Below are positions 28,207 to 38,729 of a stretch of 60,404 nt of DNA, one piece after another (the stretch's first letter is position 1; every line of letters starts with the position of its first letter). The notes below the pieces were generated by a model that saw nothing but the letters and a program-made list of their open reading frames with translations, did no database searches and had not been told where the DNA came from. The DNA is from a virus (Duplodnaviria > Caudoviricetes): positions 1 through 60,404 of the IMG/VR virus record IMGVR_UViG_3300013006_001053. One strand, given 5' to 3'. The translations under genes and the position numbers were made by a program.

Positions 28207-28821
28207 ATGGAGAATAATATGAAAAAAGTTGGATCATCAAAAAACATAGTAATAAAAGAAGATTTTATTTCTCAAGACAAACTTGATTTTATCATGTCAT
28301 CAATTGATGAAACAGTTTCTTGGGGTTCAAACTCAATGGCTGGAATACCAGATAAGGTTACTAACAAGCTTTATCAAGAAAAACCAGAAGTTCACAAAAT
28401 CTTAAAAGAAGCAATAGATCAGGTACAAAAAGAGATAGAGTACCATTTTGGAAGACCTCTTGAAACAAATTCTGCAGGCATCCGTAGATGGGATACTGGA
28501 GAGTTTCAGCCACTACATGCTGATGGAGAAGATACAGAAGGACACCCAAACGAAGCATTTATAGTTGATTATGGTGCTGTCATTTATTTAAATGATGACT
28601 ATGAGGGTGGAGAAATTTACTTTCCAGACCACGGTATAGAACTTAAACCAAAAGCAGGAACGCTTGTATTTTTTCCTTCCAGCACAATGTATATTCATGG
28701 AGTAAAAGAAATTACAAAAGGTTCAAGATATACGACTCCATCATTTTGGATACCTACCAAATATAAAATATTTAGACAGCATGTTATAGAGTCAATACAA
28801 AAAAATACCCCTACTTATTAA
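28207..28821 (+). CDS. 2OG-Fe(II) oxygenase
   Basis: HAD...YLNDDYEGGE...HGV...RY. Confidence 0.9.
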   Translation: MENNMKKVGSSKNIVIKEDFISQDKLDFIMSSIDETVSWGSNSMAGIPDKVTNKLYQEKPEVHKILKEAIDQVQKEIEYHFGRPLETNSAGIRRWDTGEFQPLHADGEDTEGHPNEAFIVDYGAVIYLNDDYEGGEIYFPDHGIELKPKAGTLVFFPSSTMYIHGVKEITKGSRYTTPSFWIPTKYKIFRQHVIESIQKNTPTY

Positions 28822-28832
28822 AGTAAGGGTAT
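28804..28832. terminator. Probable bidirectional terminator
   Basis: AATACCC..TACTT/AAGTA.GGGTATT hairpin between convergent genes. Confidence 0.55.
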
Positions 28833-28842
28833 TCTCTTGTTA

Positions 28843-29415
28843 TTAATTATATTGGCTAGGGAACTTCTTTAGCCATCTTTGATATTGGACAGGCTTAGCG
28901 TGTTTCCAAGACTTCCAATTTGTCCCACCTTCAGTCATATGAAATGCAATTTGTGCATTTTTTACGGGACTAAACAATTCAGCATTAGTATCTAGATCAA
29001 ATTTTTCTCTACGATCTGGTCCTAGATCCCCGATCATATTTATTTGGAATACCCCGTAAGAACTGTCACCAGTCTCAGCATTTCCATTAAAAGCAAAAGG
29101 TCGTCCGTTTGATTCTGCCTTGGCAACAGCCCAAGCAGTTTTTAGACCTTTTCCTGTAAAACCTACAGCCTTTAACATTTTAACTAAATCGTAATCACTC
29201 AAGCTGGCAGCATTTTCATACTTTGCCAAGATTGCCTTTTTAGTTGGCTTAGAAACCAAAAAAGCCGACTTGGGGTCGGCAGGGGCAGTCAGAGTTTTAT
29301 TAATCAACAAGTTATTGTCAGTTGTAGTTGTTAGCGCATTAGCAGAATTACTTACGGGTGCAAGTACTCCCACCAAAGATAGGATTCCAATCCAAGCCAT
29401 CTTGTCTCTTCTCAT
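28843..29415 (-). CDS. Secreted lysozyme-like / lytic transglycosylase
   Basis: Signal peptide; AVAKAESNG (catalytic Glu), GDSSYGVFQIN, NAQIA, W-x-x-W. Confidence 0.85.
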   Translation of the reverse strand: MRRDKMAWIGILSLVGVLAPVSNSANALTTTTDNNLLINKTLTAPADPKSAFLVSKPTKKAILAKYENAASLSDYDLVKMLKAVGFTGKGLKTAWAVAKAESNGRPFAFNGNAETGDSSYGVFQINMIGDLGPDRREKFDLDTNAELFSPVKNAQIAFHMTEGGTNWKSWKHAKPVQYQRWLKKFPSQYN

Positions 29416-29560
29416 AATATAAACCTCCTAGAAACAAAAGCACCAGTTGTCTGGTGTTACTACCAAGTATAACATGTTTTTGCCTTAAAGGTCAAGCTTT
29501 TGATATTTTTATTAAATTGTTATAAAACTGTAAGCATCAAGTGGTATAATGGTAAATACT

Positions 29561-29974
29561 ATGGCAACTTACAGAGGACAGGGCGCATCTACCTATGACA
29601 TTGGTGAAAAACCACCATTTGTTAATTGGACAATCGTAAAAGGCGATACAGCATCATTTAAGGTTTATTTAACAGATGATGCAAAAGAGCCTCTAACCAT
29701 TGATGACTGGGATGTTGAGGTAGAATTTAAAAGACCTACCACTCCTGTTGAACCTCAGATAATTACAGATGTTGCAACCTTGCTTTTTACTATTACCCCA
29801 GAGCAAGATTTAGAAGATCTAGATGGTGAGTTTAAGGTTAATTTAACTGCCACCCAAACCGCACTACTAAGAACAAATGATATTTTTGATATTGAAATTC
29901 GTCTTCCACAGAATACTCTGGTTTGGACAGTTGCTCAAGGGAAGATTACCCTCCTTGAGGATGTTACAAACTAA
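29561..29974 (+). CDS. BppU-N-like virion protein
   Basis: IVKGDTASFKV; paralog of 24237. Confidence 0.65.
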   Translation: MATYRGQGASTYDIGEKPPFVNWTIVKGDTASFKVYLTDDAKEPLTIDDWDVEVEFKRPTTPVEPQIITDVATLLFTITPEQDLEDLDGEFKVNLTATQTALLRTNDIFDIEIRLPQNTLVWTVAQGKITLLEDVTN

Positions 29975-30195
29975 TGGCTTCAGTTGTTATAAAAAGTAAT
30001 ACCCCAGTTTTTACAACAGACATTCAAAGAGTTTCCTTTCCAAGTGTAGAGATTACTCAGCAAAATCGAGGGGTAAACATAAACTCAGTACTACCATTTA
30101 GAATAAGACTTACAGCCATACAGATACCAACGTCTATTGGCAATGTACCAGCGATTCCTTTGCAGATTATTGGCTTCTCTAACTATATACTTTAA
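29974..30195 (+). CDS. Small virion-associated protein
   Basis: Coupled to upstream gene. Confidence 0.6.
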   Translation: MASVVIKSNTPVFTTDIQRVSFPSVEITQQNRGVNINSVLPFRIRLTAIQIPTSIGNVPAIPLQIIGFSNYIL

Positions 30196-30216
30196 AATCT
30201 ATGATATAATTCACAT

Positions 30217-30663
30217 ATGGCTAAATTATCAATCGCAAGCATCAAATCTCTGTTTCAAACTGGAGATCGTCCAAGTCAAACAAACTATGAAGATTTGATT
30301 GACAGCACATCAGCAAGATCAACAGACCTTGGTTCAGATGGGAACAATGAAGTTACAATTAACGGCATTGAAAACTCAACAATTTTTGATAATTTTTTGA
30401 CAACAGAATGGAGATCAGTGAAATACTTGATCTCAATTAAAAAGACTTCTGGTGGTGCAAACAAGTATTGGGCCACAGAATTAACCATAGTCCCTGATAA
30501 CACAGATGTGAGTGTCAGTGAATATGGAACAGTAGACAATGATGGGAATATTGGCACCATCTCCGTGTCTAGAGCAGGAAATACAGTTTCTTTAACTGTA
30601 GTTCCAGTGGGTGGGCAAACACCAATAACCCTACGCTATTTGCGTATTGGGTTAAAGGCCTAA
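30217..30663 (+). CDS. Virion structural protein
   Basis: FQTGDRPSQTNYEDLIDS N-terminus; C-domain similar to the end of 30678. Confidence 0.7.
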   Translation: MAKLSIASIKSLFQTGDRPSQTNYEDLIDSTSARSTDLGSDGNNEVTINGIENSTIFDNFLTTEWRSVKYLISIKKTSGGANKYWATELTIVPDNTDVSVSEYGTVDNDGNIGTISVSRAGNTVSLTVVPVGGQTPITLRYLRIGLKA

Positions 30664-30677
30664 CTAAGGAGATATAA

Positions 30678-32537
30678 ATGGCAACAGTAACAAAAGATTT
30701 TAGAGTAAAAGCGGGACTGGTAGTTGAGGGATCAACTGCGACCGTTAATGGAAAGAATATTATCACAGCAGGTGTTGTTGACGCTAAAGGTGATTTGATT
30801 GTTGGTAGTGCAGACGATGCAGTTGCTCGTTTAGGCATTGGTACAAACGGTCAAGTACTTACAGCAAACTCAGGTGCAACATACGGCGTTCAGTGGTCAG
30901 ACCCAGCAGCAGTTGGCGTGTTTGGTTCAAGCATTGAATTTGAAGGTGCTACAGCAAATAACTTTGAAACAACTCTTGCAGTAACAGACCCAACTGCAGA
31001 CCGCACAATCACACTTCCAGATGCAACTGGTACAGTAGCACTTACTTCAGACATTACAGTTAGTGCATCTTCAACAAATACATTTTCAAACAAGTCAATT
31101 TCGCTAGCAACAAACACAGTAACTGGAACCACTGCAGAATTTAATGCTGCACTCACAGACTCTAACTTTGTAACCACTGGAGATACTGGAACTGTTACAA
31201 GCACAATGATTGCAGACGGAACTATTGTTGACGGCGATGTTAGTGCATCAGCAGCAATTGCTCAGTCTAAGATTTCAGGTCTTACTACTGATCTTGGAAA
31301 CAAGGCTTCAGCATCAGATCTTACAAATCACACAGGTGCAACAGAGGCACACGGTGCAACAGGTGCGGTAGTTGGAACAACTAACACACAGACCCTTACA
31401 AATAAGACACTTACAAGCCCAGTAGTTTCAGGACTTGCACTTTCAGATTCAAGCGTTGTATTTGAAGGTTCATCAGCAGATAATAACGAGACAACTCTTA
31501 CAGTAACCAACCCTACAGCAGATCGCACTATTACTTTGCCAGACGCTACAGGTACTGTTGCTCTTACAAATAATAAGTTGGATGCTTTTGCAGCAACATC
31601 TTCAGCAGAACTTATTTCAGTTATCTCAGATGAGACTGGTACTGGAGCACTTGTTTTTGCTAATACCCCAACACTTGTAACACCAAACATTGGTGCTGCA
31701 ACTGGTACATCTTTGGTTCTTTCAGGGGACCTAACAGTTAATGGTACAACAACTACAATTAACTCAACAGAAATCACAGTTGATGACAAGAACCTTACAC
31801 TTGGTTCAGTAGCAACACCAACAGATGCAGGCGCTGATGGTGGTGGTCTTACACTTAAGGGTACTACAGACAAGACTTTCTCATGGATCGATGCAACTGA
31901 TGCATGGACCTCATCTGAGCATATCAACCTTGCTTCTGGTAAGGCGTTCTACCTAAACGGTACACTAGAAACAGCAGCAGCACAGACTCTTACAAACAAG
32001 ACAATCGATGGCGCATCAAACACACTTACAGTACGAATTGCAAATGATGTTTCTGGTCTTGGAACTGGCGTAGCCACATTCCTTGCAACACCATCTTCTG
32101 CAAACCTTGCAGCAGCACTTACTGATGAAGCAGGATCTGGAACAGTAGCATTTACTACTAGCCCAACCTTTGTTACACCAACACTTGGCGTAGCAACTGC
32201 AACATCAGTTGGATTTGCTGATACTCTTACAGGTTCTGCAACAGCAGTTGCTGGAACTTCAGCAACAACAATTGACACATTCCCAGTAGCAACATATTCT
32301 GCTGCTAAGTATGTAGTTCAAATGAAGAATGCTGGTGGAGATATTGAAGTAATTGAAGTTCTTGTAGCCGTAGATGGCGGAAACAATGTTTACCTAACAG
32401 AATACGCTGATGTACAAAGCAATGGTGAACTAGGAACAACAAACGCTGTACTTTCAGGTACAGATGTTCTTCTACAGGTTACTGCAGCAGCAGCAAACAC
32501 TGCCGTTAAGGTAAGCAAGACCTACATCAAAGCATAA
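30678..32537 (+). CDS. Fibre-like structural protein
   Basis: Thr/Ala-rich; repeats FEG..[19 protein letters not shown] and TLTNKT. Confidence 0.8.
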   Translation: MATVTKDFRVKAGLVVEGSTATVNGKNIITAGVVDAKGDLIVGSADDAVARLGIGTNGQVLTANSGATYGVQWSDPAAVGVFGSSIEFEGATANNFETTLAVTDPTADRTITLPDATGTVALTSDITVSASSTNTFSNKSISLATNTVTGTTAEFNAALTDSNFVTTGDTGTVTSTMIADGTIVDGDVSASAAIAQSKISGLTTDLGNKASASDLTNHTGATEAHGATGAVVGTTNTQTLTNKTLTSPVVSGLALSDSSVVFEGSSADNNETTLTVTNPTADRTITLPDATGTVALTNNKLDAFAATSSAELISVISDETGTGALVFANTPTLVTPNIGAATGTSLVLSGDLTVNGTTTTINSTEITVDDKNLTLGSVATPTDAGADGGGLTLKGTTDKTFSWIDATDAWTSSEHINLASGKAFYLNGTLETAAAQTLTNKTIDGASNTLTVRIANDVSGLGTGVATFLATPSSANLAAALTDEAGSGTVAFTTSPTFVTPTLGVATATSVGFADTLTGSATAVAGTSATTIDTFPVATYSAAKYVVQMKNAGGDIEVIEVLVAVDGGNNVYLTEYADVQSNGELGTTNAVLSGTDVLLQVTAAAANTAVKVSKTYIKA

Positions 32538-32556
32538 TTAAGAAAAGAGGCTAGAA

Positions 32557-33009
32557 GTGGCAACTGTAAATAAAGATTTTAAGGTAAAGCATGGTTTAGA
32601 TGTAAACCAAGGCGGTACTTTTGGAGGAACTGTTACAGTTGCTACTCCTACTCAAAACACACACGCAGCGACAAAACTTTACGTAGATAGCAAAGGAGCG
32701 GTTGCTGCACCAGCAGCATCTGCCCCAGCAGGTCCAGTAAATGGACAATTGTGGCTTGATACATTAACAGAACGAGTTCACGTTTATTACGGATCTCAAT
32801 GGCTTGCTATTGCAAACCTTGAAGATGCAGAAACACTTCAAGATCACATTCACGATACATCTATTGACGGCAATGGTTTAATCGTAAGTACTTTTGTTAG
32901 TGGTGGGGCATACAATGAACCAGGATATCTTGTCAGTGCTGGATTATATAATACAGCATCTTGGGAAGAAACTTGGGTAGGCGGAGAGGCAATCGATAAT
33001 TTTAACTAA
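32557..33009 (+). CDS. Fibre-associated structural protein
   Basis: MATVNKDFKVK N-terminus shared with 30678; HAATKLYVD; GQLWLD. Confidence 0.7.
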   Translation: MATVNKDFKVKHGLDVNQGGTFGGTVTVATPTQNTHAATKLYVDSKGAVAAPAASAPAGPVNGQLWLDTLTERVHVYYGSQWLAIANLEDAETLQDHIHDTSIDGNGLIVSTFVSGGAYNEPGYLVSAGLYNTASWEETWVGGEAIDNFN

Positions 33010-33050
33010 TTATCTGATATAATATGAACATACCACTAAGGGAGTTATAA

Positions 33051-35273
33051 ATGGCAACAAGAATGCAACAGCGCAGAGGTACCGCTGCTCAGTGGACCGC
33101 TGCAGATCCAGTTTTAAATGCTGGCGAAATTGGGTTTGAAAGCGATACAGGCAAGTTTAAGATCGGTGATGGCACAAACCATTGGGACGACCTTAACTAC
33201 TTCTTAGATTCAGTTGACCAAGGTGGAAGCATTACCGACTATGTTCCATTAACACAAAAGGATGCTGCTAGTGGCGTTGCATCCCTTGATTCAAATAAGA
33301 ACGTCTATGTTCCTGGATCATCTATTATTATTGAAGGTTCAACAGATAACACAAATGAAACAACACTAACTGTTACAAATCCAACAGCAGACCGTACAAT
33401 TACTTTTCCAGACGCAACTGGAACAGTGGTCTTAGCCGACGGTAGCGGAAATGTTACAGTCTCAGGAGACTTAACTGTAAGTGGTACAACTACTACTATT
33501 AATAGCACAACGATCAATGCTACAACAGGAATTGTTTTTGAAGGTGCTACAGCAGATGCCCATGAAACCACTTTAACAATTACAGATCCAACAGCAGATA
33601 GAACTGTAACATTTCAAGATGCAACAGGAACAGTAGTTCTTAGAGATTCAACAGATACTCTAACAAACAAGTCAATTTCACTTGGTTCAAACACAGTTAC
33701 ATCAACTCTTGCTCAGTTAAATACAGCAATTAGCGATGCAGATGTAGCCACAATTGCTGGAACAGAAACACTTACAAACAAAACACTTACAAGTCCAGTA
33801 GTTTCAGGTCTTACAATTTCAGATGCTTCAATAGTAATTGAAGGCGCAACTGCAAATGAATTTGAAACAACAATTACTTTTACAGACCCAACGGCTGATA
33901 GAACAATTACATTTCCAGATTCTACAGGTACAGTAGCATTAACAACTGACATAACTGCTTCAAACATTGCAAATGATTCAATAACAGCAGTAAAACTTGC
34001 AGGAGATTCAGTTACAACTTCAAAAATTCAAAATTTAGCAGTTGAAACAGGAAAGATTAATGATCTTGCAGTCACTACAGGAAAAATTGCAGAGGGTGCA
34101 GTAACATCAGCCAAGATTGCAAATGATACAATTGTAGATGCAGACATTAACGCTTCAGCAGCAATTGCATTGTCTAAGTTAGCAACAGATCCACTTGCTC
34201 GTGCAAACCACACAGGCTCACAAACAGCCTCAACGATTTCAGATTTTAATGAAGCAGCACAAGATGCAGTAGGAGGAATTCTAGGTTCTGGTCTTACATA
34301 TACAGATGCTTCAAATACAATTACTGTAGATTCCACAGTTGTCCAATTAAGAGTTACAAACGTAACTGACACAGAAATTGGATACCTTGATGGAGTTACA
34401 TCAGCAGTTCAAACTCAAATGGATGCTAAGGCTCCACTTGCCTCACCAACATTTACTGGTACAGTATCTGCAGCAGCACTTACTCTTTCTGGAGATTTAA
34501 CCGTAAACGGAACAACTACAACAATTAATTCAACTACTCTTTCAGTAGATGATAAAAATGTTGTTCTTGGTGATGTTGCTACGCCTTCCGATGCAACAGC
34601 AGATGGTGGCGGTATAACACTAAAGGGCGCAACAGATAAAACCTTTAACTGGGTAGACGCTACAGATGCCTGGACTTCATCAGAGCACCTAAATCTCGCT
34701 TCAGGAAAGTCTCTATATTTAAACGGTACTCTATTAAAAGATGCTACAGAAACTTTAACTAATAAGACTTTAACTAGCCCAACACTCACAACCCCTGCTC
34801 TTGGAACCCCAGCATCGGGTGTGCTTACCAATACAACGGGTTTGCCTATCTCAACAGGCGTTTCAGGTTTAGGAACTGGTATTGCTACATTCCTGGCTAC
34901 TCCATCATCTGCTAATTTTACAGCAGCAATTACAGATGAAATTGGTACTGGTAACGTCATTCTTTCAGACTTGGCTACAAGTGCTCAAAATGCTTCTTAT
35001 ACATTAGTGTTAGCAGATAAAGGCAAGTTAGTAGAAATGTCCAACGCTTCTGCTAACAACCTTACAGTTCCTCTTAATTCATCAGTAGCCTACCCAGTTG
35101 GTTCACAGATCAATATTCTTCAAACTGGTGCTGGTCAAACAACCGTAGTTGCTACTGGTGGCGTGACCATCAACGCCACTCCTGGCTTAAAGTTACGAAC
35201 ACAATGGTCATCTGCAACGTTGATCAAACGTGCAACAGATACTTGGGTTTTGCTTGGTGACTTGGTAGCATAA
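33051..35273 (+). CDS. Tail fibre with Mtd-N/hyaluronidase-type N-terminal domain
   Basis: [11 protein letters not shown]...[17 protein letters not shown]; same repeats as 30678; W-VLLGDL end. Confidence 0.8.
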   Translation: MATRMQQRRGTAAQWTAADPVLNAGEIGFESDTGKFKIGDGTNHWDDLNYFLDSVDQGGSITDYVPLTQKDAASGVASLDSNKNVYVPGSSIIIEGSTDNTNETTLTVTNPTADRTITFPDATGTVVLADGSGNVTVSGDLTVSGTTTTINSTTINATTGIVFEGATADAHETTLTITDPTADRTVTFQDATGTVVLRDSTDTLTNKSISLGSNTVTSTLAQLNTAISDADVATIAGTETLTNKTLTSPVVSGLTISDASIVIEGATANEFETTITFTDPTADRTITFPDSTGTVALTTDITASNIANDSITAVKLAGDSVTTSKIQNLAVETGKINDLAVTTGKIAEGAVTSAKIANDTIVDADINASAAIALSKLATDPLARANHTGSQTASTISDFNEAAQDAVGGILGSGLTYTDASNTITVDSTVVQLRVTNVTDTEIGYLDGVTSAVQTQMDAKAPLASPTFTGTVSAAALTLSGDLTVNGTTTTINSTTLSVDDKNVVLGDVATPSDATADGGGITLKGATDKTFNWVDATDAWTSSEHLNLASGKSLYLNGTLLKDATETLTNKTLTSPTLTTPALGTPASGVLTNTTGLPISTGVSGLGTGIATFLATPSSANFTAAITDEIGTGNVILSDLATSAQNASYTLVLADKGKLVEMSNASANNLTVPLNSSVAYPVGSQINILQTGAGQTTVVATGGVTINATPGLKLRTQWSSATLIKRATDTWVLLGDLVA

Positions 35274-36082
35274 TGCCAATTATTCCAGGAACCTCTGCTT
35301 CTACAACTAAAACGGTACCCTTAAGTCCAACTTCACCCGTTGCAACAAATCAGGGTTCAGCCAGATCATTTAATAATGGTCAAGTATCAGTTGCATTTAC
35401 TATACCAACATATAATGGCAAACTTCCAATTACTGAATATACAGTTACATCTAGTCCTGGTGGATTTACTGGCACAGGTGCCTCATCTCCAATATCAGTA
35501 ACTGGTTTACAATCAAACACATCATATACATATACTGTAACAGCAACTAATGCTATTGGTTCATCATCAGCATCTGCTGCTTCAGCAGGTGTTACGGCAA
35601 CAACTATACCTCAAGCACCAACTATTGGCTCTGCAACAGCGGGTAATGCAACTGCATCTGTTCCATTTACCGCAAATGCTACTGGTGGTTCTGCCGTAAC
35701 AGTGTTCACGGCAACATCATCCCCTGGATCAATAACTGGAACAAATACCGTAAGCCCAATTTCAGTTTCTGGTCTTTCAAATGGAACTGGTTATACTTTT
35801 ACAGTTACAGCAACTAATGCTAATGGAACATCAACGGCTTCTGCGGCTTCTAACTCTGTTACCCCAGTAGCACCTACAACAGCACCACCACCACCGTTCC
35901 CACCACCGTTCCCACCACCGTTCCCACCACCGTTCGCACCACCACCACCGTTCCCACCAGCATTTTCTTGTAACTGGTCTTTAGTTTCAAATACTTGTAG
36001 TGGTGGAAATAGAACTATAGTTTACTACAATCCTTGTTATGGCTACGATACTGTATACATCCCTAATGATGAAGGATGCTAA
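35273..36082 (+). CDS. Fibronectin type III virion protein with polyproline linker
   Basis: Two Fn3 domains (YTVTSSPG, GLxNxTxYTxTVTATNAxG), (PPPF)n, short Cys-rich tip. Confidence 0.85.
   Translation: MPIIPGTSASTTKTVPLSPTSPVATNQGSARSFNNGQVSVAFTIPTYNGKLPITEYTVTSSPGGFTGTGASSPISVTGLQSNTSYTYTVTATNAIGSSSASAASAGVTATTIPQAPTIGSATAGNATASVPFTANATGGSAVTVFTATSSPGSITGTNTVSPISVSGLSNGTGYTFTVTATNANGTSTASAASNSVTPVAPTTAPPPPFPPPFPPPFPPPFAPPPPFPPAFSCNWSLVSNTCSGGNRTIVYYNPCYGYDTVYIPNDEGC
35884..35959 (+). repeat. 12-bp tandem repeat (CCACCACCGTTC)n encoding PPPF
   Basis: Visible directly in the sequence. Confidence 0.9.
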
Positions 36083-36109
36083 TGAGAAAATTTACTAAAG
36101 GAGAAAAAA

Positions 36110-36436
36110 ATGTATAAAGATTTTTACGCAACAGTTGGTGATGATAAAGTTCGTTTCTTTTCTACAGAAGTTGTAGATGAAAATACAAGCATTAACGAAC
36201 ATACACAAGCAATTTTAAGCGCTTTATCTTCTAATCCTTCTTTTGTTTTGTTAGCATCTATTTCTGATAAACAGGGCTATGAAGAATCTAGTAACGATGA
36301 AAATTTAAAGTATTTCAAGATAATGCTAAATGAAGAATTTGCAACGTATTTTTCTGTGTCTATAAAAACAGAAGAAGGCGAAAAAATTGCAGCAATACTA
36401 TCTAGTAATCCAGTAATTACTTCAGAATTAAGATAG
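36110..36436 (+). CDS. Hypothetical protein with internal duplication
   Basis: Two AxLSSNP repeats; RBS AAGGAG. Confidence 0.65.
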   Translation: MYKDFYATVGDDKVRFFSTEVVDENTSINEHTQAILSALSSNPSFVLLASISDKQGYEESSNDENLKYFKIMLNEEFATYFSVSIKTEEGEKIAAILSSNPVITSELR

Positions 36437-36543
36437 AAAATGCTAAAACATAAGCTATCGTTAAATTAATTAAAAAAATAAATCAAGAAGTATTCTTAAG
36501 AGAACTTTAAACAACTAAAAGCACTAACTCTAAACTAAAGATT

Positions 36544-36570
36544 TACACGTTCTTATTGAGCGTGTTTTTC
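36544..36570 (+). terminator. Intrinsic terminator
   Basis: ACACGTTC..GAGCGTGT stem plus T-tract. Confidence 0.6.
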
Positions 36571-36649
36571 TTTTTAAACTTATGCTATACTTAAGACTAC
36601 TTCGTAAATTAAGAAGTACTCGTCTAATTTTACTTTGAAAGGTATATAA

Positions 36650-38683
36650 ATGTCAGAAAGCGTATTCTCTTTTCGTCTATCAGAAGAATTTGTAAATAAA
36701 TATCAAAACATTCCAGCACCATTTGGATTCTCAGATGCAGGATCTAACTCGTTGGGAGAGGTAACATTTATTCGTACATATTCTCGTGTCAAAGAAGACG
36801 GGACAAAGGAACGCTGGCACGAAGTATGTCGTCGTGTAATCGAGGGTATGTATTCAGTACAAAAAAATCATGCTAAAGATAATCGCCTACCGTGGAATGA
36901 TAATAAGGCACAGAAGTCTGCTCAAGAAGCCTTTCAAAGAATGTTTGAATTAAAGTGGACTCCACCAGGTCGTGGTCTCTGGGCATTTGGAACTCCTATG
37001 ACTATGGAGAAGCGTAACTCAGCATCCCTTCAAAATTGTGCAATGGTCTCTACTCGTGATATTGATCGTAATGATCCAGGTGCACTTTTTGCTTGGGTAA
37101 TGGATGCATTAATGTTAGGTATTGGTGTAGGGTTTGATACCCTTGGACAAGACAAGCAAATGTCTATTTATGCTCCAACAGAGCCAGCATCTATTTATGA
37201 AATCCCAGATACTCGTGAAGGATGGGTTGAGTCTGTTAGATTACTCATTAACTCATTCCTTCGTGCAAACCAGTCTATCCAAGAGTTTACCTATGACCTT
37301 ATCCGTCCTCTAGGTGCCCCCATTAAGGGCTTTGGCGGGGTAGCAAGCGGTCCAGCACCACTTATTGATCTCCATACACGTATTCGTAATGTAATCGGTT
37401 CTAGAGCAGGAGAAGCCTTTGATAGCCGTGCTATTGTGGATATTGTTAATCTTATTGGTACCTGTGTTGTTTCTGGAAATGTTCGTCGTTCTGCTACCCT
37501 TGCACTTGGCACACCAGAAGATGATGGTTTTATTAATCTTAAGAATCCAGAAGTATTTCCAGAAAGAAATTCATACGATCCAGAAAAACCAGGTTGGGCA
37601 TGGATGAGCAACAACTCTATCTCAGCAACAGTTGGAACCAAGTATGAAGATTATGTAGATTTAATTGCAGACAACGGAGAGCCAGGCTTTATCTGGCTAG
37701 ATGTTGCTCGTAATTATGGCCGCCTTGCCGATGCACCTGATTATAAAGATGCTCGCATTATGGGCTTCAATCCTTGTGCGGAGCAGCCATTAGAATCATA
37801 CGAACTTTGTACACTTGTAGAAGTGCACTTAAATCGTCATGAATCTAAGGAGGACTTCCTCAAGACATTGAAGTTTGCTTATCTTTATGGAAAGACTGTT
37901 ACCCTTATGCCTACACATTGGCAGATAACAAACGGTATCATGCAAAGAAACCGTCGTATTGGTACATCACTTACAGGTATTGCTTCATTTGCAGATACTT
38001 ATGGTTTACCAACAACTCGTGAGTGGATGGATGAAGGATATAATACAATTCGTAAATACGATCATTCATATTCAGAATGGCTTTGTGTTCGTGAATCAGT
38101 TCGTGTAACAACAGTGAAACCATCAGGATCTGTATCACTTCTTTCTGGCGCTACTCCTGGAGTTCACTGGGGTCCTGGTGGAGAGTTCTATCTTCGTGCT
38201 ATTCGTTTTGGAAATACTGATCCAATGCTTCATTTGTTTAAAGCAGCGGGGTATAAAATTGAAGCAGATCTAGTATCAGCAAACACATCCGTAGTATATT
38301 TCCCAGTAGCATCTGGACACAAACGTTCAGAAAAGCAGGTTAGTGTATTTGAAAAAATTGGTTTGGCAGCAACTGCTCAGAAGTATTGGTCAGATAATGG
38401 TGTTTCTGTAACCCTATCTTTTGACAAAGAGAATGAGAAGAAGTTTGTTGCCCCAGCCCTAAATATGTACGAGGGTCAGCTAAAGGCAGTTTCCTTCCTT
38501 CCAATGGGAGATAAGGTTTATCCTCAGCAGCCATATTCAGAAATTACACGAGAAGAATACAACTCATACGTAGGAAAGATTGGCAAGATTGACTGGTCTG
38601 CTATTTATGATGGAGTAGAAAACCTTGAGGCAGCAGGCGAGGCATATTGCAGCACAGATGCTTGTGAGATTAAGTTTTACTAA
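36650..38683 (+). CDS. nrdJ: Class II (AdoCbl-dependent, monomeric RTPR-type) ribonucleotide reductase
   Basis: PPGRGLW, NC, GNVRRSA, GFNPCAEQ (radical Cys), TTVKPSGS, C-terminal CxxxxC. Confidence 0.95.
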   Translation: MSESVFSFRLSEEFVNKYQNIPAPFGFSDAGSNSLGEVTFIRTYSRVKEDGTKERWHEVCRRVIEGMYSVQKNHAKDNRLPWNDNKAQKSAQEAFQRMFELKWTPPGRGLWAFGTPMTMEKRNSASLQNCAMVSTRDIDRNDPGALFAWVMDALMLGIGVGFDTLGQDKQMSIYAPTEPASIYEIPDTREGWVESVRLLINSFLRANQSIQEFTYDLIRPLGAPIKGFGGVASGPAPLIDLHTRIRNVIGSRAGEAFDSRAIVDIVNLIGTCVVSGNVRRSATLALGTPEDDGFINLKNPEVFPERNSYDPEKPGWAWMSNNSISATVGTKYEDYVDLIADNGEPGFIWLDVARNYGRLADAPDYKDARIMGFNPCAEQPLESYELCTLVEVHLNRHESKEDFLKTLKFAYLYGKTVTLMPTHWQITNGIMQRNRRIGTSLTGIASFADTYGLPTTREWMDEGYNTIRKYDHSYSEWLCVRESVRVTTVKPSGSVSLLSGATPGVHWGPGGEFYLRAIRFGNTDPMLHLFKAAGYKIEADLVSANTSVVYFPVASGHKRSEKQVSVFEKIGLAATAQKYWSDNGVSVTLSFDKENEKKFVAPALNMYEGQLKAVSFLPMGDKVYPQQPYSEITREEYNSYVGKIGKIDWSAIYDGVENLEAAGEAYCSTDACEIKFY

Positions 38684-38729
38684 AATATTGGCTATTTAAC
38701 TTCTCACTTAACAGGAATATGGTATACTG

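Noticed and set aside
32931-32952. Single TGTCAG-N10-TATAAT match in the structural region
   Set aside because: It lies inside a coding sequence, the next gene has its own TGATATAAT promoter, and one hit is compatible with chance
30285-34960. Many 80-200 aa minus-strand ORFs opposite fibre genes (and similar ones opposite MCP and TMP)
   Set aside because: Antisense shadows of ACA/GCA-rich codons; no RBS or promoter; Val/Ser-rich low-information translations
33051-35273. Diversity-generating retroelement suggested by the Mtd-N domain
   Set aside because: Only the generic N-terminal domain is present; no reverse transcriptase or adenine-specific TR/VR pair seen
36440-36650. Cobalamin riboswitch or NrdR box upstream of nrdJ
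   Set aside because: Leader is only about 50 nt after the -10 box and no B12-box or NrdR consensus is recognisable
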